From Pseudomonadota bacterium (lineage in GTDB: Bacteria; Pseudomonadota; Gammaproteobacteria; Burkholderiales; Burkholderiaceae), in NCBI GenBank assembly GCA_041158405.1, contig JBEBBK010000001.1, forward strand, positions 5,240 through 69,239: a DNA stretch of 64,000 bases, written 5' to 3'. Shown here one piece after another: positions 11,106 to 22,469 of this stretch (position 1 is the stretch's first letter; every line of letters begins with the position of its first letter). A program made the position numbers and the translations under genes. The notes under the pieces are model-generated. The model saw nothing but the letters and a program-made list of their open reading frames with translations, did no database searches and was not told the DNA's origin.

Positions 11106-12569
11106 ATGGGTAAGGTCACTGGATTTATGGAGTTTGAGCGTGTTAAGGAAACCTACGAGGCTCCTGTAACGCGCCTGCACCACTACAAAGAATTCATTAC
11201 GGCGCTGAGCGATGACGAGGCCAAAGTCCAAAGTGCACGCTGCATGGACTGCGGTATTCCGTTTTGCAATAACGGCTGCCCAGTCAACAACATCATTCCG
11301 GACTTTAATGAACTGGTTTTTCAGGGTGATTGGAAAAACGCCATTGAGGTGTTGCACTCCACGAACAACTTTCCTGAATTTACTGGCCGCATTTGCCCCG
11401 CGCCATGCGAGTCTGCTTGCACACTCGGCATCAATCGGGATGCAGTTGGTATTAAGTCGATTGAGCATGCCATCATTGACCGGGCATGGGAAAGTGGTTG
11501 GGTCAAGCCAATGCCATCCAAAACCAAAACTGGCAAAAAAGTAGCCATTGTTGGATCGGGTCCTGCGGGTATGGCGGCGGCGCAACAATTGGCGCGCGTT
11601 GGTCACGATGTCACCGTATACGAGAAGAACGACCGGGTTGGCGGCTTACTGCGCTATGGTATTCCTGATTTCAAGATGGAAAAGTGGCTGATTGATCGCC
11701 GTGTAGAACAAATGCAAGCCGAAGGCGTGGTCTTCGCTACCGGCGTTTATGTTGGCAAAGAGGCGGTTGGCGCAGAAGTAAAAAACTATTCCAATAAGAC
11801 AGTTACGCCAGAGCAGTTAATGAAGGATTTTGATGCCGTCATTATTAGCGGCGGCGCAGAGCAGCCACGCGATTTGCCAGTGCCTGGACGGGAACTGGAA
11901 GGCATTCATTACGCTTTGGAATTCTTGATTCCGCAGAACAAAGAAGTTGCTGGCGATTCGCAAAATGGCATTCGTGCAACGGGTAAGCACGTTGTTGTGA
12001 TTGGTGGCGGTGATACCGGCTCGGATTGCGTTGGCACATCGAATCGCCACGGCGCGAATCACGTTACTCAATTTGAATTGCTGCCCCAGCCACCCGAGGA
12101 AGAAAATAAACCCTTGGTTTGGCCCTATTGGCCAACTAAGTTGCGCACTTCGTCATCGCATGAAGAAGGCTGTGAGCGTGATTGGTCGGTAGGCACAAAA
12201 CGCTTTGAGGGCAAAAACGGCAAAGTTGAAAAACTGATTGGTGTTCGTTTGGAGTGGCAAGGCGGAAAGATGACGGAAGTGCCTAATTCCGAGTTTGAGA
12301 TCAAGGCCGACCTCGTCTTGTTGGCGATGGGTTTTGTATCTCCTGCCCAGCAAGTGCTAAATGCATTTGGTGTTGATAAGGATGCGCGCGGCAATGCAAA
12401 GGCCCACGTTGAAGGTCAAAAAGCCTACCAAACCAATGTAGCGAAGGTATTTGCTGCCGGTGACATGCGTCGGGGTCAATCGTTGGTGGTGTGGGCGATT
12501 CGGGAAGGTCGTCAGTGTGCGCATGCAGTCGATTCATATTTGATGGGCTCATCGGTATTACCGCTCTAA
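11106..12569 (+). CDS. gltD: glutamate synthase small subunit
   Basis: [10 protein letters not shown] Fe-S motif, GSGPAG and GGGDTG nucleotide-binding motifs. Confidence 0.97.
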   Translation: MGKVTGFMEFERVKETYEAPVTRLHHYKEFITALSDDEAKVQSARCMDCGIPFCNNGCPVNNIIPDFNELVFQGDWKNAIEVLHSTNNFPEFTGRICPAPCESACTLGINRDAVGIKSIEHAIIDRAWESGWVKPMPSKTKTGKKVAIVGSGPAGMAAAQQLARVGHDVTVYEKNDRVGGLLRYGIPDFKMEKWLIDRRVEQMQAEGVVFATGVYVGKEAVGAEVKNYSNKTVTPEQLMKDFDAVIISGGAEQPRDLPVPGRELEGIHYALEFLIPQNKEVAGDSQNGIRATGKHVVVIGGGDTGSDCVGTSNRHGANHVTQFELLPQPPEEENKPLVWPYWPTKLRTSSSHEEGCERDWSVGTKRFEGKNGKVEKLIGVRLEWQGGKMTEVPNSEFEIKADLVLLAMGFVSPAQQVLNAFGVDKDARGNAKAHVEGQKAYQTNVAKVFAAGDMRRGQSLVVWAIREGRQCAHAVDSYLMGSSVLPL

Positions 12570-12604
12570 AATCGAACCATTGACCATTATTTAAAAGACA
12601 CGCA

Positions 12605-13456
12605 TTGAATCAATCTGAATCTCCGCAAAGCCAGACCAGCAAAGATGATGTTGTTGTCTCGATTCAGGACGTTAACTTTTCCTATGCGCCTGGTGAGCGC
12701 CAGATTCTATCTGGCCTCAATATGGAGTTTCGCCGCGGCAAGGTAGTCGCTGTGATGGGCGGCTCGGGTTGTGGCAAAACGACCGTCCTGCGTTTAATTG
12801 GCGGTCAAGTTACAACAAGCGAGGGAAAGGTTTTATTTGAAGGCGGTAATGTCGGTCAAATGAGCAGTGCGGAGTTGATGCGGGCACGCCGGCGTATGGG
12901 CATGCTGTTCCAGTTTGGCGCCCTCTTTACGGACCTGAGCGTCTTTGAAAATGTTGCCTTTCCGTTGCGCGAGCATACCAACCTCAGCGAGGATTTATTA
13001 CGCAGCCTTGTACTCATGAAACTCAATGCAGTAGGTTTGCGTGGCGCCCGCGATTTGATGCCCGGGCAAATCTCGGGCGGCATGGCAAGGCGTGTGGCAC
13101 TAGCGCGCGCAATTGCACTCGATCCACCGCTCATAATGTATGACGAGCCGTTCGCCGGTCTAGACCCAATTGCGCTTGGCATTACAGCGCGTTTGATACG
13201 CGATCTGAATACCGCGCTTGGCGCCACTAGTATTTTGGTGACCCACGATGTGGAAGAAACCTTTGCAATTGCAGATTACGTGTACTTCATTGCCAATGGA
13301 CGCATTGGCGCCCAAGGTACGCCCGATGAGCTGAATCGCTCAAGCGATCCATTTGTGCGCCAGTTCTTGGATGCCTCACCCGATGGGCCGGTACCATTTC
13401 ATTATCCAGGCGCAGATCTTTTGGATGATTTTGCTGTTGAGGTAGGCGCGCGATGA
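12605..13456 (+). CDS. mlaF: Mla ABC transporter ATP-binding subunit
   Basis: GGSGCGKT, ISGGM, YDEPFAGLD; first gene of the mla cluster. Confidence 0.92.
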   Translation: MNQSESPQSQTSKDDVVVSIQDVNFSYAPGERQILSGLNMEFRRGKVVAVMGGSGCGKTTVLRLIGGQVTTSEGKVLFEGGNVGQMSSAELMRARRRMGMLFQFGALFTDLSVFENVAFPLREHTNLSEDLLRSLVLMKLNAVGLRGARDLMPGQISGGMARRVALARAIALDPPLIMYDEPFAGLDPIALGITARLIRDLNTALGATSILVTHDVEETFAIADYVYFIANGRIGAQGTPDELNRSSDPFVRQFLDASPDGPVPFHYPGADLLDDFAVEVGAR

Positions 13457-14247
13457 TCTTACGTAAAACCATTGATTTGCTTGGCGATCTTGGATTTTTC
13501 ATCCGCAGCAATATTGTCAGTTTAGGGCATGCAACGCGCATGTTCATAGGGGTCATAGCGCGCTCCGCTCCACTGTTAAAGCGCCCACGCTTGGTTTCGG
13601 ATCAAATCCTATTTATCGGCAATCACTCCTTTGTGATTATTGCGGTCTCTGGTTTATTCGTTGGCTTTGTATTGGGCCTGCAAGGTTATTACACCTTGAA
13701 TCGCTATGGCTCAGAACAAGCATTGGGTTTATTGGTTGCCTTATCGCTCACGCGTGAGCTGGGCCCAGTAATTACCGCCCTCCTTTTTGCGGGCAGGGCA
13801 GGCACTTCGCTAACCGCAGAAATTGGCCTGATGAAGGCCGGTGAACAGCTGAGTGCTATGGAGATGATGGCCGTGGATCCCTTAAGCCGTGTGGTCGCTC
13901 CGCGCCTATGGGCTGGCATTATTTCCATGCCGATTTTGGCAACCATCTTTACTGCGGTTGGTGTGGTTGGCGGTTACTTTGTGGGCGTTCCATTGATTGG
14001 CGTTGACTCGGGTGCCTTTTGGTCACAAATGCAGGGGGGCGTTGATCTCTTCTCTGATATTGGTAACGGTTTAATTAAGAGCGTTGTATTTGGTGTTGTG
14101 GTGACGTTTATCGCCCTTTATCAAGGGTTTGAGGCTAAACCAACGCCAGAAGGGGTGTCCCAAGCGACTACCCGTACGGTGGTGATTTCATCTTTGGCGG
14201 TATTGGCTTTGGATTTCTTGCTGACTGCCTTGATGTTCTCCAACTAA
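13453..14247 (+). CDS. mlaE: Mla permease
   Basis: RELGPVITALLFAGRAG motif, multi-TM. Confidence 0.95.
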   Translation: MILRKTIDLLGDLGFFIRSNIVSLGHATRMFIGVIARSAPLLKRPRLVSDQILFIGNHSFVIIAVSGLFVGFVLGLQGYYTLNRYGSEQALGLLVALSLTRELGPVITALLFAGRAGTSLTAEIGLMKAGEQLSAMEMMAVDPLSRVVAPRLWAGIISMPILATIFTAVGVVGGYFVGVPLIGVDSGAFWSQMQGGVDLFSDIGNGLIKSVVFGVVVTFIALYQGFEAKPTPEGVSQATTRTVVISSLAVLALDFLLTALMFSN

Positions 14248-14281
14248 TAATGAAATGCAGAAGGATTAAACTGAGGTCCAT

Positions 14282-14764
14282 ATGAGAAAAAGTGCCATTG
14301 ATGTTTGGGTTGGAATATTCGTTGCCATTGGCTTATTGGCGGCGCTTTTCTTGGCTCTCAAGGTGGGCAATATGAACGCCGTCTCATTTCAGCCAACCTA
14401 CACGATCACTGCTCGTTTTGACAACATCGGCGGCCTAAAGCCGCGTGCACCGGTCAAAAGCGCTGGTGTGGTGGTTGGGCGTATTGCGGATATTCGCTTT
14501 GACGACACGACTTACCAAGCAACCGTTACGATTACCCTGGAGCGTAGCTACCAGTTTCCAAAAGACTCGGCCGCGAAGATTTTGACTTCGGGCTTATTGG
14601 GTGAGCAATACGTTGGGCTCGAGGCTGGCGGCTCAGATCAAATGTTGGCACAGGGCAATATGATTACGCAAACCCAATCGGCCGTTGTTCTCGAAAACCT
14701 CATCAGCCAATTTTTGTACAACAAGGCGGCGGACGGCGGTAAAGATGAAAGCGCTAAAAAGTGA
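14282..14764 (+). CDS. mlaD: MCE-domain lipid asymmetry protein
   Basis: FDNIGGLK...TSGLLGEQY. Confidence 0.95.
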   Translation: MRKSAIDVWVGIFVAIGLLAALFLALKVGNMNAVSFQPTYTITARFDNIGGLKPRAPVKSAGVVVGRIADIRFDDTTYQATVTITLERSYQFPKDSAAKILTSGLLGEQYVGLEAGGSDQMLAQGNMITQTQSAVVLENLISQFLYNKAADGGKDESAKK

Positions 14765-15531
14765 TTTTTTGGCTACGATCCTTTCTAAAGCAAAGCGCGA
14801 GGCGCAGTTTAATTGCGGTGCTTTGCGTCAGCATGATTGGGTGTGCCACCATTCCGGCGGGCATTCAGCCATCGGCACAAGACCCGTGGGAATCATTTAA
14901 CCGTTCTGTCTTTAGTTTCAATGAAGGCTTAGACAATTACCTTCTCAAGCCCGTGACCACCGGTTACCGCTATGTAGTTCCCTCAGTGGCGCGCGACGGC
15001 ATCGATAATTTCTTTGGTAACTACAACGATATTTATTCTGCATTGAACCAGTTACTGCAGGGTAACCCCGGCATGGCAGCCAAAGGCTTGATGCGGGTTG
15101 TAGTCAATACGGTTTTTGGTTTGGGTGGTTTGATTGACATGGCTACACCGGGGGGTCTGCCAAAACACAAAGCCGATTTTGGACAAACGTTTGGCGTGTG
15201 GGGAATTCCGTCTGGACCCTATGTAGTATTACCGTTTTTTGGCCCCAGCTCGGTACGCGATACCTTTGGAACGGCGGCTGATATTGAGACCGACTACTTG
15301 CTCCGCCTATTGCCCGATGTTGCTTTGCGAAACAGCCTGACTGGCTTACGTATCGTGAATGCTCGAAATAACTACTATCAGGCTGGCGATCTCCTGGAAG
15401 GCGCTGCAATCGATAAGTATTCCTTTGTGCGGGATGGGTACATTCAGCGTCGGCAGTACCAAATTGATCAAAGTAAGGCGGGTTATGACGATGATGAAAT
15501 ATTGCCGCCATTTCAAAATCCCTACGAATAG
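14761..15531 (+). CDS. mlaA: VacJ/MlaA lipoprotein
   Basis: Lipobox MIGC, DPWESFNR, DFGQTFG, GPYVVLPFFGPS. Confidence 0.93.
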   Translation: MIFWLRSFLKQSARRSLIAVLCVSMIGCATIPAGIQPSAQDPWESFNRSVFSFNEGLDNYLLKPVTTGYRYVVPSVARDGIDNFFGNYNDIYSALNQLLQGNPGMAAKGLMRVVVNTVFGLGGLIDMATPGGLPKHKADFGQTFGVWGIPSGPYVVLPFFGPSSVRDTFGTAADIETDYLLRLLPDVALRNSLTGLRIVNARNNYYQAGDLLEGAAIDKYSFVRDGYIQRRQYQIDQSKAGYDDDEILPPFQNPYE

Positions 15532-15633
15532 ACTCCGAAATAGCGAATGGCAGCGCTTTTGCTGAGTTTGCTAGGGCGGGCTAAAATTACGCTACCCACT
15601 CAAATCGAGCTATAACACCTAAGAGAAGCCCAA

Positions 15634-16284
15634 TTGAATATCAATATCCGCCACGCTATTTCCATCAGTTCTGCGCTCGCCGCAATTTGGTTTGTTAGTC
15701 CGGTAAGCGCTCAAAATGCCCCCATTGATGAATCTACCCCGAATGGATTAATTCGCAGCATTGTGAGCGATGTCATGGCCTCCATTAAGGCAGATCCAGA
15801 AATTCAGAAGGGCAATATTGCGCGCGTAGTCGATCTGGTAGAGAAGAAAATTGTGCCGTATACCGATATGCGGCGTACCACCGAGATGTCGATGGGCCCT
15901 AATTGGCGAAAGGCAACACCAGAGCAACAAACGCAACTGATCGCTGAATTTAAAACTCTATTGATACGCACTTACTCCGGTGCACTAAGCCAGGTGCGTG
16001 ATCAAACCGTTCAATACAAAGCCTTGCGTGCAGCACCCACCGATACCGAAGTGATTGTGCGCACGGTGGTGCTGGGCCGCGGCGATCCCATTCCGCTTGA
16101 TTACCGTTTAGAAAAAACGCCCTCTGGCTGGAAAGTCTATGACATCAATGTTTTAGGGGTGTGGCTAGTAGAAAACTACCGTAACCAGTTTACGAATCAA
16201 ATTAATCAAAATGGCATTGATGGCCTGATCGCGTTTTTAAAAGAGCGTAATAAGATGTTAGCTTCTGCGCGCCCTGGTAATTGA
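15634..16284 (+). CDS. mlaC: periplasmic phospholipid shuttle MlaC
   Basis: Signal peptide, WKVYDINVLGVWLVENYRNQF; synteny. Confidence 0.93.
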   Translation: MNINIRHAISISSALAAIWFVSPVSAQNAPIDESTPNGLIRSIVSDVMASIKADPEIQKGNIARVVDLVEKKIVPYTDMRRTTEMSMGPNWRKATPEQQTQLIAEFKTLLIRTYSGALSQVRDQTVQYKALRAAPTDTEVIVRTVVLGRGDPIPLDYRLEKTPSGWKVYDINVLGVWLVENYRNQFTNQINQNGIDGLIAFLKERNKMLASARPGN

Positions 16285-16294
16285 TAAACGAGTC

Positions 16295-16561
16295 ATGCCC
16301 TATAGCCTACCGTCTACCTTAACCCAGCAAAATGCCTTAGCAGTCGAGGCGGATGGACTGCGCGATCTGGCGCAATTGGAGACGGTGGATTGTGCCGCGC
16401 TGAGCGATTTTGATTCCAGCGCGCTTGCTGTACTGATTGCATGGCAAAAAAAATTACGGCAGGGTCAGCGAAATCTAGTGTTAGTAAGTCCGCCGCCAAA
16501 ATTGTGTGTATTGGCTCAGGTTTATGGCGTTGCTGAGTTGTTGGGCACGCCAGCAGCATGA
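16295..16561 (+). CDS. mlaB: STAS-domain protein MlaB
   Basis: FDSSALAVL...LAQVYGV; synteny. Confidence 0.85.
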   Translation: MPYSLPSTLTQQNALAVEADGLRDLAQLETVDCAALSDFDSSALAVLIAWQKKLRQGQRNLVLVSPPPKLCVLAQVYGVAELLGTPAA

Positions 16562-17310
16562 CCTTGGCAATAGCGATCAAAGGAATATCAAAGCACTATG
16601 GCGCCTTACAAGCCCTAGATGATGTTTCACTCAATATCCACGAAGGCGAGTTCTTTGGCCTGCTTGGCCCTAATGGTGCTGGCAAAACAACCCTAATCTC
16701 CATTTTGGCCGGGCTATGTAAGCCTGATCATGGCAGCGCTTCAATCATGGGCGTTGATGTGCAGTCGACAAACCGTGAGGCGCGGCGCATGCTTGGCGTG
16801 GTGCCACAAGAATTGGTTTTTGATCCCTTCTTTACTGTACGCGAAACTTTACGTTTTCAGTCGGGCTACTTTGGCATTCGCAATAATGATGCGTGGATCG
16901 ATGAGATCATGGCCAACTTAGACTTAACCGGAAAAGCCGATAGTAATATGCGCTCTCTCTCGGGCGGCATGAAACGCCGGGTCTTGGTTGCGCAAGCCTT
17001 GGTGCATCGCCCACCGGTGATCGTACTCGATGAGCCAACGGCAGGCGTGGATGTGGAGTTACGTCAATCCCTATGGCAATTTATTAGCCGACTCAATCAC
17101 GACGGGCACACCATCGTATTGACTACCCATTATTTAGAAGAGGCTGAGGCCTTGTGTCAACGCATTGCGATGCTAAAGCAAGGCAAGGTGGTGGCTTTAG
17201 ACACCACTGCCAATTTACTTTCTCGGTTTGGTGGTGCAAAAAAACACAATGGTGAGGTAGTTGATTTAGAGGATGTCTTTGTTCACATCATGTCTGGAAA
17301 CGCCGCATGA
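16558..17310 (+). CDS. ABC-2 transporter ATP-binding protein (YadG-like)
   Basis: GPNGAGKTT, LSGGM, LDEPTAGVD. Confidence 0.9.
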   Translation: MTLAIAIKGISKHYGALQALDDVSLNIHEGEFFGLLGPNGAGKTTLISILAGLCKPDHGSASIMGVDVQSTNREARRMLGVVPQELVFDPFFTVRETLRFQSGYFGIRNNDAWIDEIMANLDLTGKADSNMRSLSGGMKRRVLVAQALVHRPPVIVLDEPTAGVDVELRQSLWQFISRLNHDGHTIVLTTHYLEEAEALCQRIAMLKQGKVVALDTTANLLSRFGGAKKHNGEVVDLEDVFVHIMSGNAA

Positions 17311-18086
17311 AGCATGCTCTATTTGACTACGGCAGTGGCTTTCCGACGCTGCTTCGCAAAGAAGTAAAACGCTTTTATAAAGTTGCGTTTCAGACGGTGG
17401 CAGCGCCAGTACTGACTGCGGTTCTGTACCTCTTAATTTTTGGCCACGTACTGGAAGGCAAGGTGGAGATGTATGGTCACCTCAGCTATACCGCCTTTTT
17501 GATTCCAGGCCTTGTGATGATGAGCCTCTTGCAAAATGCCTTTGCAAATACATCATCGTCATTAATTCAATCGAAGATCACCGGAAATCTCGTCTTTGTG
17601 CTGTTGGCCCCACTCAGTAATCTAGAGTTTTATGCGGCCTATGTGCTGGCTGCGGTGGTGCGGGGTGTGGTGGTTGGCTTGGGTGTTTTCTTAATTACGG
17701 CGTGGTTTGTGCAGCCCAGTTTTGAATACCCAATTTGGATTATCATTTTTGCTTTTCTAGGCGCAGCTATTTTAGGTAGCATGGGTTTGGTAGCTGGCAT
17801 CTGGGCCGATAAGTTTGATCAACTGGCTGCTTTTCAGAACTTCTTAATCATGCCCGCGACGATGTTATCGGGCGTCTTCTACTCGATTCATACCTTGCCG
17901 CCTGTTTGGCAAACCATATCCCATTTCAATCCCTTCTTTTATATGATTGATGGATTCCGATATGGCTTTTTTGGCGTATCGGATGTTTCCCCTTGGATGA
18001 GCTTTGCTATCGTCGGTGGCTTTTTTGTGGCGGTATCATTTGCCGCATTGCGCATGCTTCAAACTGGGTATAAATTACGGCATTAA
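17307..18086 (+). CDS. ABC-2 transporter permease (YadH-like)
   Basis: Multi-TM, LSGVFYSI...NPFFYMIDGFRYGF. Confidence 0.9.
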   Translation: MKHALFDYGSGFPTLLRKEVKRFYKVAFQTVAAPVLTAVLYLLIFGHVLEGKVEMYGHLSYTAFLIPGLVMMSLLQNAFANTSSSLIQSKITGNLVFVLLAPLSNLEFYAAYVLAAVVRGVVVGLGVFLITAWFVQPSFEYPIWIIIFAFLGAAILGSMGLVAGIWADKFDQLAAFQNFLIMPATMLSGVFYSIHTLPPVWQTISHFNPFFYMIDGFRYGFFGVSDVSPWMSFAIVGGFFVAVSFAALRMLQTGYKLRH

Positions 18087-18121
18087 GCAAAATTCAATTG
18101 CTTTACTTTATGGAGTAACCG

Positions 18122-18370
18122 ATGTTCCCAACCCCAGAGCAAATACAGTCTTATATTGAGCAAGGCATTGCTTGCAGCCACCTTGCGGTGGAGGGCGATG
18201 GTCAGCATTTTTATGCAACCGTGGTTAGTGCTGAGTTTGAAGGCAAGCGCCTGATTCAGCGCCATCAATTGGTGTATGCCGCTTTGGGCGATCGCATGAA
18301 GGCCGAGGTGCATGCCTTATCCATCAAGGCATTGACACCAGCGGAGTTTGCAGAAAAATCGGGTCAATAA
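18122..18370 (+). CDS. BolA/IbaG family protein
   Basis: GDGQHF, QRHQLVY, VHALSI; precedes murA. Confidence 0.93.
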   Translation: MFPTPEQIQSYIEQGIACSHLAVEGDGQHFYATVVSAEFEGKRLIQRHQLVYAALGDRMKAEVHALSIKALTPAEFAEKSGQ

Positions 18371-18401
18371 GTCAGCAGCAACAAAAAGAAAATAAAGCGC
18401 A

Positions 18402-19664
18402 ATGGATAAGTTAAAAATGATTGGCGGAACTCCGCTGCAAGGTGAAGTATTGATCGCGGGCGCAAAAAATGCAGCCTTGCCAATTCTGTGTGCCTGCCTT
18501 TTAAGTAAAGACCCAATCGAGTTACGCAATGTGCCTGATTTGCAGGATGTGCGTACGATGCTCAAGTTACTCAAAAACATGGGCGTGCAAGTGGATTTCC
18601 CTAATCCTGAGAATCGCACGCATTTGATATTAGATGCAGCGAACATCACCAGCTTTGAGGCTACGTACGACATTGTTAAGACCATGCGTGCATCGATCTT
18701 GGTTTTGGGGCCCTTGTTGGCGCGCCTCGGCAAGGCAACAGTTTCCTTGCCTGGAGGCTGCGCGATTGGTGCCAGGCCAGTGGATCAGCACATTAAAGGT
18801 TTAAAGGCGATGGGCGCCGCCATGAAAATCAAGGGCGGCAATATTGAAGCGAAGGCAGAACGATTGCAGGGCGCATCCATTCTGACGGACATGATTACTG
18901 TCACTGGTACCGAAAACCTCTTAATGGCAGCAACATTAGCGAAGGGAATAACTACCCTAGAAAACGCCGCGCGCGAACCCGAGGTGAGTGATTTGGCTGA
19001 GTTGCTGGTCAAAATGGGCGCCAAGATTACCGGCATTGGCAGCGATAAGCTCACCATCGAGGGTGTAGATGCGCTGCATGGCGCCGAACATAGCGTCATT
19101 CCAGACCGAATCGAGGCCGGCACCTTCTTGTGCGCAGTAGCTGCAGCCGGCGGCAATGTGCTGGTAAAGCACTGCCGTCCAGATACCTTGGATGCGGTCT
19201 TGGTCAAATTGCGTGAAGTGGGATTGGAAGTAGAAACGGGACCCGACTGGATTCGGGCCAAGATGAAAGGGCGCCCGAAGTCGGTGAACTTTCGCACGTC
19301 CGAGTATCCAGCGTTCCCAACCGATATGCAGGCACAGCTCATGAGTGTGAATGCGATTGCACAGGGCAGCTCAACCATTACCGAAACGATATTTGAGAAC
19401 CGCTTTATGCACGTGCAAGAGCTTAACCGCTTGGGCGCCGATATTGCGATTGAGGGCAATACCGCCATTGCCCAGGGCGTTGAAGCCTTATCGGGCGCGA
19501 CGGTCATGGCAACCGATCTTCGGGCCTCGGCTAGCCTCGTGATTGCCGGTCTTGCAGCCCAAGGGGAGACGATCGTGGATCGGATTTACCACTTAGACCG
19601 CGGTTATGACCGTATGGAGCAAAAATTAACCCAATTGGGCGCAAACATCGAGCGCGTGAAATAA
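18402..19664 (+). CDS. murA: UDP-N-acetylglucosamine 1-carboxyvinyltransferase
   Basis: [27 protein letters not shown]. Confidence 0.97.
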   Translation: MDKLKMIGGTPLQGEVLIAGAKNAALPILCACLLSKDPIELRNVPDLQDVRTMLKLLKNMGVQVDFPNPENRTHLILDAANITSFEATYDIVKTMRASILVLGPLLARLGKATVSLPGGCAIGARPVDQHIKGLKAMGAAMKIKGGNIEAKAERLQGASILTDMITVTGTENLLMAATLAKGITTLENAAREPEVSDLAELLVKMGAKITGIGSDKLTIEGVDALHGAEHSVIPDRIEAGTFLCAVAAAGGNVLVKHCRPDTLDAVLVKLREVGLEVETGPDWIRAKMKGRPKSVNFRTSEYPAFPTDMQAQLMSVNAIAQGSSTITETIFENRFMHVQELNRLGADIAIEGNTAIAQGVEALSGATVMATDLRASASLVIAGLAAQGETIVDRIYHLDRGYDRMEQKLTQLGANIERVK

Positions 19665-19671
19665 TAGTTCC

Positions 19672-20298
19672 ATGAAATTAACCCTCGCCCTCTCCAAGGG
19701 CCGCATCTTCGAAGAGACTGCAGCGATTCTGTCCAAGGTCGGTATTCGGCCGCTGGAGGATCCTGAAAAGTCACGCAAGCTCATTATTGAGACCTCGAAT
19801 CCCGATGTGCGCTTAATCATTGTGCGCGCCTCCGACGTACCAACCTATGTGCAATTTGGTGGTGCAGACTTTGGCGTGGCTGGTTTGGACGTCTTAATGG
19901 AAAAAGGAACAGATGGTCTTTATGTGCCGTTTGATCTTGGCATTGCCAAATGCCGTATGTCAGTAGCCGTGCGCGCTGGTTTTGATTACGCTGAAGCCGT
20001 TCGACAAGGATCGCGCCTGAAGGTGGCAACCAAGTACGTAAACTGCGCCCGTGAGCACTTCGCCAATAAAGGCGTCCACATCGATACGATTCAGCTCTAT
20101 GGTTCGATGGAGCTTGCCCCGCTGGTTGGCCTAGCAGATGCGATTGTTGATTTAGTTTCGACTGGCAATACCTTAAAAGCCAATGGCTTGGTTGAGGTCG
20201 AAGCCATTGCCGATATCAGTGCGCGCCTCGTGGTGAACCAAGCATCGTACAAACGTAAGCGTGCTCAGCTGCAACCTTTTTTTGAGCAGCTAAAGTAA
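19672..20298 (+). CDS. hisG: ATP phosphoribosyltransferase, short form (HisZ-dependent)
   Basis: [29 protein letters not shown]; 208 aa, no C-terminal regulatory domain. Confidence 0.95.
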   Translation: MKLTLALSKGRIFEETAAILSKVGIRPLEDPEKSRKLIIETSNPDVRLIIVRASDVPTYVQFGGADFGVAGLDVLMEKGTDGLYVPFDLGIAKCRMSVAVRAGFDYAEAVRQGSRLKVATKYVNCAREHFANKGVHIDTIQLYGSMELAPLVGLADAIVDLVSTGNTLKANGLVEVEAIADISARLVVNQASYKRKRAQLQPFFEQLK

Positions 20299-20303
20299 GA
20301 CTC

Positions 20304-21638
20304 ATGTCAGGCTCAATTAAGATCAAGCGCCTCAATAGCAGTGATGCGAACTTCAAAGCTACGCTGATGGCAAGCTTGTCTTTGCCTAGCGCAGATGACA
20401 ATGCAATTGATTTAGTAGTTATGGAAATTTTGGCTGATGTCAAAGCGCGCGGTGATGCAGCCGTGCTCGACTACACCAAGCGATTTGATCGACTGAGTAG
20501 TGCCAATATAGCCACGAGCGTCGCTGATTTAGAAATTAAGCGTAGCGATCTCGAGCAGGCCTATCTGCAATTACCAGTCGAACAAAAAAATGCATTGGAT
20601 ATTGCTGCAAGTCGGGTGCGGGCGTATCACGAACAACAGCGCATCGAAGCGGGTTGCCATTCTTGGGAATACACCGAAGCCGATGGAACGCGTTTAGGTC
20701 AGAAAGTCACACCACTGGATCGCGTTGGTATTTATGTGCCCGGTGGCAAGGCTGCCTATCCATCTTCGGTACTGATGAATGCGATTCCAGCGAAGGTGGC
20801 TGGCGTTCAAGAAGTGATTATGGTGGTGCCAACCCCAGATGGCGCGCGCAATCCCTTGGTGCTGGCTGCTGCTTGGTTGGCTGGAGTGGATCGGGTCTTC
20901 ACCATTGGCGGCGCGCAGGCGGTAGGGGCCTTAGTCTACGGTACGCAAACCGTGCCAGCGGTCGATAAGATTGTTGGGCCAGGCAATGCCTATGTTGCTG
21001 CCGCCAAGCGCCGCGTGTTTGGTACGGTTGGTATCGATATGATTGCCGGCCCCTCAGAGATACTCGTTCTGTGCGATGGCACAACCAATCCCGATTGGGT
21101 TGCCATGGATTTGTTCTCGCAGGCCGAGCACGATGAACTCGCGCAGTCGATTTTGCTCACACCCGATGCGCAATTTATCGAAGCAGTCCAAGCCAGCATC
21201 GATCGCCTTTTGCCCGAGATGCCGCGCCAAGAGGTGATACGCACATCATTGACCAATCGCGCCTTGTTAATACAAGTAAAGGACATGGCCGAGTCCTGTG
21301 AAATCGCCAACGCGATTGCTGCAGAACACTTGGAGATTTGTGCAGAGCAGCCTAGAAAGTGGGCTGAGCTGATTCGCCATGCGGGCGCCATTTTTATGGG
21401 TAATTACACTAGTGAATCCCTGGGCGATTATTGCGCTGGGCCCAATCACGTGTTACCAACCGCGCGTACAGCGCGCTTCTCATCGCCACTCGGCGTCTAT
21501 GACTTCATTAAGCGTTCGAGCATGATTGAAGTCAGCGAAGCCGGCGCCCAAACCTTAGGTAAAGTCGCCAGCACACTAGCGCATGGTGAGGGCTTACAAG
21601 CCCACGCTAGAGCTGCTGAGATGCGCTTGAAAAAGTAG
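20304..21638 (+). CDS. hisD: histidinol dehydrogenase
   Basis: [30 protein letters not shown]. Confidence 0.97.
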   Translation: MSGSIKIKRLNSSDANFKATLMASLSLPSADDNAIDLVVMEILADVKARGDAAVLDYTKRFDRLSSANIATSVADLEIKRSDLEQAYLQLPVEQKNALDIAASRVRAYHEQQRIEAGCHSWEYTEADGTRLGQKVTPLDRVGIYVPGGKAAYPSSVLMNAIPAKVAGVQEVIMVVPTPDGARNPLVLAAAWLAGVDRVFTIGGAQAVGALVYGTQTVPAVDKIVGPGNAYVAAAKRRVFGTVGIDMIAGPSEILVLCDGTTNPDWVAMDLFSQAEHDELAQSILLTPDAQFIEAVQASIDRLLPEMPRQEVIRTSLTNRALLIQVKDMAESCEIANAIAAEHLEICAEQPRKWAELIRHAGAIFMGNYTSESLGDYCAGPNHVLPTARTARFSSPLGVYDFIKRSSMIEVSEAGAQTLGKVASTLAHGEGLQAHARAAEMRLKK

Positions 21639-21650
21639 TAAAAATTACTT

Positions 21651-22085
21651 TTACGCTTGAACTGATTTTCCGCCTGCAGACTTAAAAGCACTCATCAAGT
21701 CTTTATCTAGACTTGCTAATCCAATTCCCTTGCGAAGCGCAATCTCTAGGTAGGATGCATCATACGATGACAATTTATATCGTCTTGCTAAGTCAAGTAC
21801 AGAGGTCAAGCTTTTATCTTGGCTAACGTCATCGACTTCGATGCTCATATTCTCTAAGGTTTCAATAAATTGAGCGCTAACAGCCTCATGCAATTGCCCC
21901 AAATGCTCAGCCCTTGCAATCACATTAGCAATCTCAATACTAAATATAGGAGGTACTACTGCTTTGGCATTCTCTTCTAGTAAATCCAACACCATACTGG
22001 CGTATTGACGGTCTTTAGCGCTGCCATCTTGCAAGAGCCAACGCGCAACTACAGAGTTATCTAATACAAATTCCATTGCCTTCAT
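21651..22085 (-). CDS. vapC: VapC PIN-domain toxin
   Basis: VLDNS, EIAN, SSYDASY, LDKDL: PIN acidic residues; visibly AT-rich. Confidence 0.88.
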   Translation of the reverse strand: MKAMEFVLDNSVVARWLLQDGSAKDRQYASMVLDLLEENAKAVVPPIFSIEIANVIARAEHLGQLHEAVSAQFIETLENMSIEVDDVSQDKSLTSVLDLARRYKLSSYDASYLEIALRKGIGLASLDKDLMSAFKSAGGKSVQA

Positions 22086-22339
22086 TAAGCGCGTCCAAAA
22101 TCAATGAGTTCTTTAATGGATACGCCTTGTAATTTTGTAGCCTTTTGATATATTGTTCGCATCTTTGTAGCTGCTTTGCTCGAATCTAGAGCGGTATTTT
22201 TTTGAATTGGCACAAGATCAGCGACGGGACGACCGCGCTGACTTATTCGAATGGTTTGCCCAGAAGCTACTTTTCGCAGGAGTTCTGACAAGTGCGTCTT
22301 CGCTTCAAAGGCGCCAACAACTTCAATGGTTTTAGGCAT
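22085..22339 (-). CDS. Phd/YefM family antitoxin
   Basis: VGAFEAKTHLSELLRKV...GRPVADLVP; stop overlaps the toxin start. Confidence 0.9.
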   Translation of the reverse strand: MPKTIEVVGAFEAKTHLSELLRKVASGQTIRISQRGRPVADLVPIQKNTALDSSKAATKMRTIYQKATKLQGVSIKELIDFGRA

Positions 22340-22350
22340 AGTAATCTTTC

Positions 22351-22373
22351 AAACTGGTTTATTTAACTAGTTT
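22351..22373. promoter_or_regulatory. putative TA autoregulatory operator (AAACTGGTT-N5-AACTAGTTT)
   Basis: Inverted repeat with one mismatch, 11 bp upstream of the antitoxin start. Confidence 0.55.
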
Positions 22374-22469
22374 ATATAAAAAGACCTCGAATTGCAACTG
22401 CAGCCTTAAAAAAGATCGATCAGATTATTTAGTAAAGAAATTGTCAACGCAGCTATAGGGAGCAGAACT

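Noticed and set aside
6473-12552. Many antisense and out-of-frame ORFs over gltBD (and similar ones window-wide)
   Set aside because: Shadow ORFs of strongly conserved genes, without recognisable motifs
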